Of a stretch of DNA of 31,218 bases, positions 18,067-25,613 are shown one piece after another (within the stretch, counting starts at the first letter, position 1; each line of letters begins with the position of its first letter). The position numbers were made by a program, and so were the translations under genes. The notes below the pieces were generated by a model. It made no database searches. It was not told the DNA's origin and saw nothing but the letters and a program-made list of their open reading frames with translations. Origin of the DNA: Opitutales bacterium (GTDB taxonomy: Bacteria; Verrucomicrobiota; Verrucomicrobiia; Opitutales; UBA9783); NCBI GenBank assembly GCA_024407725.1, contig JAKSVZ010000010.1, forward strand, positions 1 to 31,218, given 5' to 3'.

Positions 18067-18073
18067 GCGATTT

Positions 18074-19357
18074 TTAATTTTCGCTCGAATCCCCTGAATC
18101 AGAAAGCGGCAACCGACCCTCCCGATTAACATCCAAAAGCGGTTGTTTCATAGGTGCCTCGATGGGTTTCAACAAAGGCATTTCTTTGTTTTTTTTCGAA
18201 CAAATCTGCAATTTTTGTGCAGGAGGTAATACCATACGCTCCAATGAACCAATGGCATCGTTATACCCATTAAGTGCTTTCGAAAGCCCATCGCCTATGG
18301 TTTTTAAATGCTGCTGCCAAGTACAAATCCGGTCATACAACTCGCCGCCTAATTTCGCAATTGTTTGGATTTCGCGTATCATTTCGTTTTGCTTCCATCC
18401 ATAATGAATAGCTTTCAGCAGGGACATTAAGGTAACGGGTGAGGCTAACATAATATTTTTCGCGCAACTATAGTCCAACAGCTGCGGATCCCCTAAAATC
18501 GCGTCTCTTAAAATCCACTCTCCCGGCAGAAACAAAATGAGGCAATCGATACTTTTATCAACATGCTTTTGGTAATCCTTGGCGCTCAATTGATCGATTA
18601 AGTCCTTTACGTGCTTAGCCATTTCCTTGCGCGAAACCTCATCAGAGGTAGGCACATTTTCGGAGCCAAAGTTATCCCACTGAGGAGTTTTGGCATCAAT
18701 GGCAACAGAACGTTGATCCGACAGATGCACAATAATATCAGGGCGGAATGACCCATCGTCGCCCGTTACCGACGCCTGACATTCGTAATGAATGCCTTTT
18801 TGTAGTCCCGAATACTCCAGCAAACGCTCAAGCTGCAATTCTCCCCATCGTCCCCGTTGACGACTATCACTAAACGCATGGCTGAGTTGCTGCGTTTCTT
18901 TACTCAACTGTTCCAGTTGGTTTTCGACCTTGCCGCTTGTGGTATTATGATGCTCGGCTATTTTCGTCAATTTTTCCCCAAAATCCTTTAAATCCTTAGC
19001 AATGGCTTTTTGTTGCTCGGTTAAGTCATTCTTTTGATGCTCATAACTTTTGTTCGCAGCATCCTGAAACGGTTTTATGCTGGCTTGAGCTGCTTCGGTA
19101 ATTTTTTGCGTGTTTTCTTTGAATAACGAATCGGAAATGGACTTAAATTTTTCACTTAATCGCTCATCTAGACCATCGTATAACTTCTGACGCTCTTGCA
19201 ATTGGGTTTTAACGGCTGTTAGTTCGTTTTTTAACTGCTCGTTTTCGCTCGTTAAGCCATCACAGCGCTTGGCACGTTCTAAAGCATCGCGATTAGCCCA
19301 TTTAACGATGAATCCACCGATAACTCCCCCAACCAAAAGACAAAGTACACCCATCAT
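18074..19357 (-). CDS. rmuC: DNA recombination protein RmuC
   Basis: 427 aa. It has an N-terminal TM helix, a long coiled coil (ENEQLKNELTAVKTQLQERQKL...) and an RmuC nuclease-like core with RPDIIVHLSDQRSVAIDAKTP. Confidence 0.85.
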   Translation of the reverse strand: MMGVLCLLVGGVIGGFIVKWANRDALERAKRCDGLTSENEQLKNELTAVKTQLQERQKLYDGLDERLSEKFKSISDSLFKENTQKITEAAQASIKPFQDAANKSYEHQKNDLTEQQKAIAKDLKDFGEKLTKIAEHHNTTSGKVENQLEQLSKETQQLSHAFSDSRQRGRWGELQLERLLEYSGLQKGIHYECQASVTGDDGSFRPDIIVHLSDQRSVAIDAKTPQWDNFGSENVPTSDEVSRKEMAKHVKDLIDQLSAKDYQKHVDKSIDCLILFLPGEWILRDAILGDPQLLDYSCAKNIMLASPVTLMSLLKAIHYGWKQNEMIREIQTIAKLGGELYDRICTWQQHLKTIGDGLSKALNGYNDAIGSLERMVLPPAQKLQICSKKNKEMPLLKPIEAPMKQPLLDVNREGRLPLSDSGDSSEN

Positions 19358-20277
19358 GGCGTTTGCGTTAATAAACCTTCAATATAAGCGTTAAGCGAAA
19401 AGGGCTGTAAGTCTTCCGCTTGTTCTCCTAATCCAACGAAATAAATGGGCACGTGCAGGGTGTTGAAAATGCTTACCAATGCGCCGCCTTTGCTGGTACC
19501 GTCCAACTTTGTTACGATTAAGCCGGTTAAAGGAACCGCTTCATTAAACACCTGAGCTTGCTGTAACGAATTGGTACCCAAAGACCCATCAATGACCAAC
19601 CAACGATGTTGAGGGAACGCAGGATTGCACTTTTGCAGCACCCGCACCATCTTTTTGATTTCCTCCAACAAAGCACCTTTGTTATGCAAGCGTCCGGCAG
19701 TATCTAAAATAATCCGTTCGTATCCCCGATGCAATCCTGCTTGGCACGCATCGAATGCAACTGCTGCTGCATCAGCTCCTTGTTGGCTTCCAATGCAATC
19801 CAACTGTAAACGATCCGCCCAAGATTTTAACTGTTGATTGGCGGCAGCACGAAAGGTATCGCACGACCCTAACAACACTTTGCGGTTTTGTTGCTTCCAA
19901 TAATGAGCAATTTTAGCAGCAGTCGTGGTTTTTCCAGCTCCATTCACCCCTAACAACATAACCACTTGCGGCAGAGAATTATCGGCCGTTTCGTTTGAAG
20001 CAAGCGATACATCACCTTCCGCACCCTCCAACAAGTCTAATAAGGTACGCTTAAGCGCCTCCGTTGGGGTAGCGTCCGACGATTTTAAGGCTTTAAGGGA
20101 TTGCATCAACTGAGCAACGGTTGCGCTTCCAAAATCCGCTTTGTAAAGCTCTTCCTCTAATTTCGCCCAATCAGCCGCAGAAAAGTTATTACCTGAAAAG
20201 ATACTGGCCAGCCGCTGCGTAATCGCTTGGCGCGTTTCAGACAACCCAGACTTAAAGCGCTTAAATAAGTTCAACAT
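19354..20277 (-). CDS. ftsY: Signal recognition particle receptor FtsY (short form, NG domain only)
   Basis: 307 aa. The motifs are GVNGAGKTTTAAKIA, DTAGRLHNK and TKLDGTSKGG. Confidence 0.93.
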   Translation of the reverse strand: MLNLFKRFKSGLSETRQAITQRLASIFSGNNFSAADWAKLEEELYKADFGSATVAQLMQSLKALKSSDATPTEALKRTLLDLLEGAEGDVSLASNETADNSLPQVVMLLGVNGAGKTTTAAKIAHYWKQQNRKVLLGSCDTFRAAANQQLKSWADRLQLDCIGSQQGADAAAVAFDACQAGLHRGYERIILDTAGRLHNKGALLEEIKKMVRVLQKCNPAFPQHRWLVIDGSLGTNSLQQAQVFNEAVPLTGLIVTKLDGTSKGGALVSIFNTLHVPIYFVGLGEQAEDLQPFSLNAYIEGLLTQTP

Positions 20278-20729
20278 ACGTTCTGGGGTATTTGTGAAGC
20301 TTTGGCGATGTGATCCAGAATTCCATTGATAAAGCGTTTAGAGTCATCCGATGCATACGCTTTGCTTAACTCAATTGCTTCGTTGATAACAACCGGCTTC
20401 GGCGCCTTTTGAGAAAATTGCATTTCGTAAATAGCAAGGCGTAAAATCGCTAAGTCGATTTTGCTAATCCGCGAAAATTCCCAATGTTCTGCCTCTTGCG
20501 CTATCAGTTGATCAATCTGTTCGTAATGCGTTACTACACCGCGTAGGGTTTCCAACACAAAGGTTCCATTCAAAACCTCAGGAGCAATATCCGCCTTTTC
20601 TTTGCAGTAACGGGTATAAAGATTTTCAATGGAAATATCCTTTTGCACATCCCACATGTATAAACATTCCAAGATGCATTGACGCTGTTGATGACGGGTT
20701 GCAAATTTATGCGTGGGTTGAGCGACCAT
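20271..20729 (-). CDS. nusB: Transcription antitermination factor NusB
   Basis: 152 aa. It has ...DLAILRLAIYEM...VVINEAIELSKAY...FINGILDHIAK, which is typical for NusB. Confidence 0.88.
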   Translation of the reverse strand: MVAQPTHKFATRHQQRQCILECLYMWDVQKDISIENLYTRYCKEKADIAPEVLNGTFVLETLRGVVTHYEQIDQLIAQEAEHWEFSRISKIDLAILRLAIYEMQFSQKAPKPVVINEAIELSKAYASDDSKRFINGILDHIAKASQIPQNVC

Positions 20730-20775
20730 AAAAATCTATCAAAGATTTCCCTACAGTAGTGCTTAATCCTCGCGG

Positions 20776-20836
20776 TTGTCAACTGTATTACGCAGGGAGT
20801 TGCAACGTTGACAAGAGAAATGCCTCCTGTTGTATT
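20776..20836. promoter_or_regulatory. Divergent nusB/fabV control region with back-to-back TTGACA boxes and GTTGnCAAC-type palindromes
   Basis: TTGTCAAC (20776-20783) and GTTGACAA (20807-20814) form an inverted repeat, and each strand reads TTGACA. The perfect palindrome GTTGCAAC (20799-20806) abuts the second arm. On the plus strand the layout is TTGACA (20808-13), 17 nt, TGTATT (20831-36), 6 nt, then the ATG of fabV. Confidence 0.3.
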
Positions 20837-20842
20837 AAGCGT

Positions 20843-22036
20843 ATGATCATTGAACCAAAGGTACGTGGGTTTATCTGTATTACAGCGCACCCAACAGGAT
20901 GTTCAGCGCATGTTCAACAACAAGCTGATTTTGTACGTTCTCAACCAAAACTCATTAATGCCCCCAAACGGGTATTGATTATCGGTGCTTCTACCGGTTA
21001 TGGGCTTGCAAGCCGTATTGTCAGTGTTGCAGGAGCGCACGCTAGTACCTTCGGTGTATTTTTCGAACGCCCAGCAGATGGCGACAGAACTGCTTCTGCC
21101 GGATGGTACAACACGGTAGCATTGGAACAAATCGCGGACAAAGAAAACATTCCGTTTTACTCAATGAATGGCGATGCGTTTTCAGCCGAATTTAAGCAAA
21201 AAGCACTAGAAGCCATCAAACATACCTTAGGAACCGTTGACTGTGTCATTTACAGCCTTGCTGCACCGCGTAGAACGGACAAGGATGGTAATACCTACAA
21301 GTCGGTTTTAAAGCCGATCGGAAAGCAATTTACCGGCAAAACGGTCAATACGGATAATGGTAAAGTATACGATGTGAGTATCGATCCTGCGACAGAAGAC
21401 GAATTAAAAGCTACTGTTAAAGTAATGGGGGGAGAAGATTGGGCGGACTGGATGCATGCGTTAGCAGATGCGCATTTATTGGCACCTAATGTTACCGCCT
21501 TAGCATATTCCTATATTGGCCCTGAAGTAACGTGGCCGATTTATAAATCCGGTACGATTGGACAAGCCAAAGCACACCTGATGAAAACCGCGCAGGAGTT
21601 AAATGAATTTTTGGGTAAAGAGCTGCAAGGGCGGGCATTGATTTCCGTTAATAAAGCAGTTGTCACTCAAGCAAGCTCAGCCATTCCGGTTGTTCCCTTG
21701 TACAATTCCATTCTGTTCAAAATTATGAAGGCAAAGAGGCTGCATGAGGATTGCATTCAGCAAATGTATCGCTTATTTGCAGGACTTTTTGATCAGAAAC
21801 CGTTGCAAGTAGATAATGCTACCTGTGTGCGTTTGGATGACTGGGAATTGAATGAAGCAGTGCAAACGGAAGTTCGTACTATTTGGTCGCAAATTTCCAC
21901 CGAAAACCTAAAGGATTTAAGCGATTTTGAGGGTTATCAAAAAAGTTTTCTGCAGCTGTTTGGTTTCGAATGCGATGGGGTAGATTATGGTAAAGATGTC
22001 CCCATCGATTGCCTCATGAACCACCTAATGAGTTAA
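20843..22036 (+). CDS. fabV: Enoyl-[ACP] reductase FabV (trans-2-enoyl-CoA reductase family)
   Basis: The canonical FabV N-terminus is MIIEPKVRGFICITAHPTGC, followed by VLIIGASTGYGLASRI. The length from the ATG at 20843 is 397 aa. The ORF-track start at 20759 adds 28 atypical residues. Confidence 0.9.
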   Translation: MIIEPKVRGFICITAHPTGCSAHVQQQADFVRSQPKLINAPKRVLIIGASTGYGLASRIVSVAGAHASTFGVFFERPADGDRTASAGWYNTVALEQIADKENIPFYSMNGDAFSAEFKQKALEAIKHTLGTVDCVIYSLAAPRRTDKDGNTYKSVLKPIGKQFTGKTVNTDNGKVYDVSIDPATEDELKATVKVMGGEDWADWMHALADAHLLAPNVTALAYSYIGPEVTWPIYKSGTIGQAKAHLMKTAQELNEFLGKELQGRALISVNKAVVTQASSAIPVVPLYNSILFKIMKAKRLHEDCIQQMYRLFAGLFDQKPLQVDNATCVRLDDWELNEAVQTEVRTIWSQISTENLKDLSDFEGYQKSFLQLFGFECDGVDYGKDVPIDCLMNHLMS

Positions 22037-22881
22037 TGACCACCGAAATCGACGCATTAATCCAACAAGTGCTGTCGGCGCAACAAGCTCTTGGAGAAGA
22101 GTTTTCGCAGTTATCGCCTGACACCTTAAAGGAATTTCTGCGCAACGAACAAGCGTTGTTATCAGGCGATAATAAGGCTCAACAGAGCACCGTTAAGGCT
22201 GAAAAAGCCAAAGCCAAGGCCAAAGAAACTCCCTTAGTAGACAAAATCAAATTACCCGACGGGTCTAAAGAGGAGCAATGGCGTTGGTTAAAAGAGCAGG
22301 TTTTGTCCAATCCTGATTGCTTAAAGCATGTTTATCCCGGCAAACAATTGGTGTTTGGCAGCGGAAATTTAGATGCCGACTTGTTCTTTTGCGGCGAAGC
22401 ACCCGGAGCCGATGAAGAAGAGCAAGGGGAGGTGTTTGTCGGACGGGCAGGACAATTACTGACCAAAATTATTGCGGCTATGGGGCTAAAGCGCTCGGAT
22501 GTCTACATCGGGAACATCATGAATTGGCGCCCTGAAACCCCAGGGCACGTAGGCAACCGTCCACCGACACGCGAAGAAATGAAGTGGTGTTTGCCTTATC
22601 TTATCGGCCAAGTGGATATTGTACGTCCAAAAGCGATTGTTGCGTTGGGATTGACCGCTGTTAATGGCCTGCTGGGGTACGATCCCGATCGCCACATGAG
22701 CGATTGCCGCGGACGTTGGTTCCAGTTCAACCAAATCCCCCTGATGATCACCTACCATCCGTCGTATTTGCTCCGCAATGCAACCGCGAATTCCAAGCGC
22801 ATGGTATGGGAAGATATGCTGCAAGTAATGGAATTTTTAAAAATGCCTATATCAGAGCGGCAACGGCAGTATTTTTTATAA
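22036..22881 (+). CDS. Family-4 uracil-DNA glycosylase with an N-terminal extension of about 100 aa
   Basis: The motifs are FFCGEAPGADEEEQGEVFVGRAGQLL (GEAPG..E) and ITYHPSYLLRN (HPS.LLR). The ATG at 22036 overlaps the fabV stop (TAATG). The extension contains KAEKAKAKAKE. Confidence 0.85.
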   Translation: MTTEIDALIQQVLSAQQALGEEFSQLSPDTLKEFLRNEQALLSGDNKAQQSTVKAEKAKAKAKETPLVDKIKLPDGSKEEQWRWLKEQVLSNPDCLKHVYPGKQLVFGSGNLDADLFFCGEAPGADEEEQGEVFVGRAGQLLTKIIAAMGLKRSDVYIGNIMNWRPETPGHVGNRPPTREEMKWCLPYLIGQVDIVRPKAIVALGLTAVNGLLGYDPDRHMSDCRGRWFQFNQIPLMITYHPSYLLRNATANSKRMVWEDMLQVMEFLKMPISERQRQYFL

Positions 22882-22943
22882 CATTCAGATAAACTTTTAT
22901 TGGCTTTTGTCACTAATCGCACTACCATTAATCCAATTTATTT

Positions 22944-23609
22944 ATGAGTACGCTAGATAGCTATTTAAAACAACTTGAGCAAAATGATGCATTTTTCATG
23001 CACATGCCTAAAAAATTAATTTGGTTAAGTGGAGCCCCCGGAGCAGGAAAGGGAACGAATACCCAATATATTATTGATAATGCCCATTTGTACAAAGAAC
23101 CCGTTGTGGTAAGTTCATTGTTAAAAACGCCTGAGATGCGCGAAAAAATCAACAAAGGGATTTTGTTGGACGATGAAGTAGTAACCAAAGCACTATTTGA
23201 AGAATTGCAAAAACCCATCTATCAACAAGGCATAGTGGTTGACGGGTTCCCGCGCAAAGAGGGACAAGCGAAATGCATAGAGTGGTTATATCAAAACCTA
23301 AAAGCGCGTAATTTGAATCCCCAATTTTCCATTATCACGTTAATGGTTTCTGAGGAAGAAAGTGTTAAGCGTCAAATACACCGCGGTCAATTAGCTCAAC
23401 AACAGGCTAACGGTAAGGAAGAAGTACGTGCAACCGATCTAGATCCAAAGCTGGTTCGTGAGCGCTACCAAACTTTTATGAAAGAAACCTATGGTGCGTT
23501 GCAATTATTAGAAGGGAAAATCCCATTTTCAACGATTGACGCCGGCGGCACGTTTGACGAAGTAAAGCAGCACGTTTTGGATGCATTACACACATTAAAG
23601 TTGATGTAA
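22944..23609 (+). CDS. Adenylate-kinase-family nucleoside monophosphate kinase-like protein (cytoplasmic copy)
   Basis: 221 aa. It has the P-loop LSGAPGAGKGTNTQ, the motif VVDGFPRKEGQA (DGFPR) and a short LID-like HRGQ...RATDLDP. The NMP-site motif is SSLLK instead of the canonical sTGdllR. Confidence 0.8.
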   Translation: MSTLDSYLKQLEQNDAFFMHMPKKLIWLSGAPGAGKGTNTQYIIDNAHLYKEPVVVSSLLKTPEMREKINKGILLDDEVVTKALFEELQKPIYQQGIVVDGFPRKEGQAKCIEWLYQNLKARNLNPQFSIITLMVSEEESVKRQIHRGQLAQQQANGKEEVRATDLDPKLVRERYQTFMKETYGALQLLEGKIPFSTIDAGGTFDEVKQHVLDALHTLKLM

Positions 23610-24476
23610 TCCCAACCTAAGTTTCAATAATCGATATGCATTACAAAAAATTAATCTTATTAGGCGCTATCATGTTTCAGGGACTTTGCGGATTTGGAGA
23701 ATCCACAAACCAAAACACGTTAGAAACCTATTTAAAACGACTCGAACAGGATGATTCGTTTTTTACACGCATCCCTAAGAAGATAATTTGGTTAAGCGGA
23801 GCTCCTGGAGCCGGTAAAGGAACCAACACACAAACGATTATCGAAAACGCTCATTTGTACAAAGAGCCCGTTGTGGTAAGTTCGTTGCTAAAAACGCCTG
23901 AAATGCGCGAAAAAATCAACAAAGGGATTTTGATAGACGACGAAGTTGTTGTAAAAGTCTTATTTGCAGAATTGCAAAAACCTATCTATCAACAAGGCAT
24001 TGTGATTGATGGATTTCCTCGCAAAGAAGGACAAGCGAAATGCATAGAGTGGTTATATCAAAACCTAAAAGCGCGTAATTTAAACCCGCAATTTTCTGTT
24101 ATCACGTTAATGGTTTCTGAAGAAGAAAGCGTTAAACGTCAGTTGCACCGCGGCCAATTAGCTCAACAACAGGCTAACGGCAAGGAAGAAGTACGTGCAA
24201 CGGACTTAGACCCTGAATTAGTCAGAAATCGTTACAAAACCTTCATGAAGGAAACCTACAGCGCCTTGCAATTATTAGAGAAAAAGATCCCATTTGTAAC
24301 GATTGACGCCAGCGGGTCGTTTGATGAAGTAAAACAGCAGGTTTTGGATGCATTACACACTTTAAAGTTGATGTAATCCCAACCGCGTTTTAAACAATCA
24401 GGGGTATATGCATTACGGGTGGGTCGTCTTATGTGTCGTTACCCTGCTTGAGGGATTAAGCGGATTCGGACGAACC
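22950..24476 (+). repeat. Tandem direct duplication with a unit of about 767-772 bp (kinase body + short spacer + first ~23 codons of the MFS gene)
   Basis: Copy A is about 22950-23704 and copy B about 23717-24476. Both kinase stops are followed by TAATCCCAACC, then a 15- or 20-nt spacer, then ATGCATTAC. The downstream 69 nt encode MHY+11aa+(Q/E)GL(C/S)GFG in both copies. Confidence 0.8.
23636..24376 (+). CDS. Adenylate-kinase-family kinase-like protein, a paralogue carrying an N-terminal signal peptide or signal anchor
   Basis: 246 aa. Residues 28-246 differ from copy 1 at 27 of 219 positions by my manual count. The additional N-terminus is MHYKKLILLGAIMFQGLCGFGEST (KK, then a hydrophobic core). 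Confidence 0.8.
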   Translation: MHYKKLILLGAIMFQGLCGFGESTNQNTLETYLKRLEQDDSFFTRIPKKIIWLSGAPGAGKGTNTQTIIENAHLYKEPVVVSSLLKTPEMREKINKGILIDDEVVVKVLFAELQKPIYQQGIVIDGFPRKEGQAKCIEWLYQNLKARNLNPQFSVITLMVSEEESVKRQLHRGQLAQQQANGKEEVRATDLDPELVRNRYKTFMKETYSALQLLEKKIPFVTIDASGSFDEVKQQVLDALHTLKLM

Positions 24477-25613
24477 ATAGCTCTCAGCCCGTTATTGCAA
24501 GACCTCTGTAATGATTTATCCCTGTCTATGACGCAAATCAGCAGTGGGTACGCCTTATCCCACTTGTGTGCTGTATTTGTGCTCCCTTTTATCGGAAAAC
24601 TGTACGATAAAATCCCAACCTCAAGATTCCTGCTATTCTTTGTCTTGTTGTTTGGTGGATCGTTCATCTTACTCAGCCAAATCGCCAACCTCGCGCTGTC
24701 CCCATTAGGTTCGGTGGGGATGATTTTGCTTGGTTACATAGGGATTCGCTTGTCGGTACATTCGTATTCCATTGCCGGACGGTCAACCATTGCCGTGTGG
24801 TTTTCGCATCAACGAGGAATCGCGGTCGGTTGCTACGCGTTATTTACCATGTTAATTGGATCCATGGTTCCCTCGATCATCTATGGGCTGCGGCAACGTT
24901 ATCATTGGTCTCATATATGGCTAACCATAGGACTGTTGTGGTTTTTAATGGGCAGCATCTGCTTTTTGGTCAAATCACACAATCGCGTTGTAGATAACAC
25001 CAGTTGCTCTTCAAACGAACCAACAATGGGCACTTTAAGGCCGTTTTTGTTTATATTTGTCATGATTACGCTGTTCTTTAAGGCCTTTCAAAACAGCGGT
25101 ATTATGCTGCACCTATTTCCTATGTGCACCGATTTTGGGGCAGATAAAAAACTCATCTCCTTGTGCTTCATGCCCATCTACATAGTATCTAGCCTATGCA
25201 CGTTTATATTTGGGCATATTTTTAAGCAAAACAAGGCCAAAGGAGCACTATTTCTCTTTATTTTTGCGGACTTAGGAATGCTGATTGCACTTAAAGGAAT
25301 TGCTCATACAAGCGCCATCATCGCCTTTGTGCTATTTACCAGCATCTATTGGAGCATGAATAACATTGTAGCCACCTTGGTACTGCCCATCTTATTTGGG
25401 GTTAGGAAAATTGGCGCGCTACATGGATGGGCGTACGCTTTTGTTAGTTTGGGAAGCGCGGTTGGCTCGCTTTATTTTGGCCTTATGAAGGATTACGGTT
25501 CCTATCAACTCGGATTGTCGCTTTGTGTAGGATTTTCGCTGTTATTATTGCTCATTTTGTTGTGTTTAAAACCATCAAATTTTGTTCCTAATAACCCAAA
25601 TAATTTATCATGA
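24408..25613 (+). CDS. MFS transporter (12-TM type, substrate unknown)
   Basis: 401 aa and hydrophobic throughout. The TM2-3 loop is PFIGKLYDKIP (a G-x-x-x-D-[KR] motif-A remnant). There is a central hydrophilic loop (KSHNRVVDNTSCSSNEPT). It is a paralogue of the next gene. Confidence 0.8.
   Translation: MHYGWVVLCVVTLLEGLSGFGRTIALSPLLQDLCNDLSLSMTQISSGYALSHLCAVFVLPFIGKLYDKIPTSRFLLFFVLLFGGSFILLSQIANLALSPLGSVGMILLGYIGIRLSVHSYSIAGRSTIAVWFSHQRGIAVGCYALFTMLIGSMVPSIIYGLRQRYHWSHIWLTIGLLWFLMGSICFLVKSHNRVVDNTSCSSNEPTMGTLRPFLFIFVMITLFFKAFQNSGIMLHLFPMCTDFGADKKLISLCFMPIYIVSSLCTFIFGHIFKQNKAKGALFLFIFADLGMLIALKGIAHTSAIIAFVLFTSIYWSMNNIVATLVLPILFGVRKIGALHGWAYAFVSLGSAVGSLYFGLMKDYGSYQLGLSLCVGFSLLLLLILLCLKPSNFVPNNPNNLS

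Noticed and set aside
17979-18073. CtsR operator upstream of the mcsB-like/clpC genes.
   Set aside because: Two GGTC tetramers occur, but they are 22 nt apart and lack the GGTCAAA-NAN-GGTCAAA arrangement.
5059-22035. N-terminal extensions given by the ORF track for fabG (5059), the RtcR-like ORF (TTG at 8665), the membrane protein (GTG at 8641), clpC (16981), fabV (20759) and UDG (22009).
   Set aside because: Internal ATG codons reproduce the canonical family N-termini ([33 protein letters not shown]). They also remove implausible overlaps with neighbouring genes. The starts remain predictions.
23636-23710. Lipoprotein signal (lipobox) in kinase copy 2, because of the Cys in FQGLCGFG.
   Set aside because: The residues preceding the Cys (Q-G-L) do not fit the [LVI][ASTVI][GAS]C lipobox. 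A signal anchor or SPase I site is more likely, and a prediction tool is needed.
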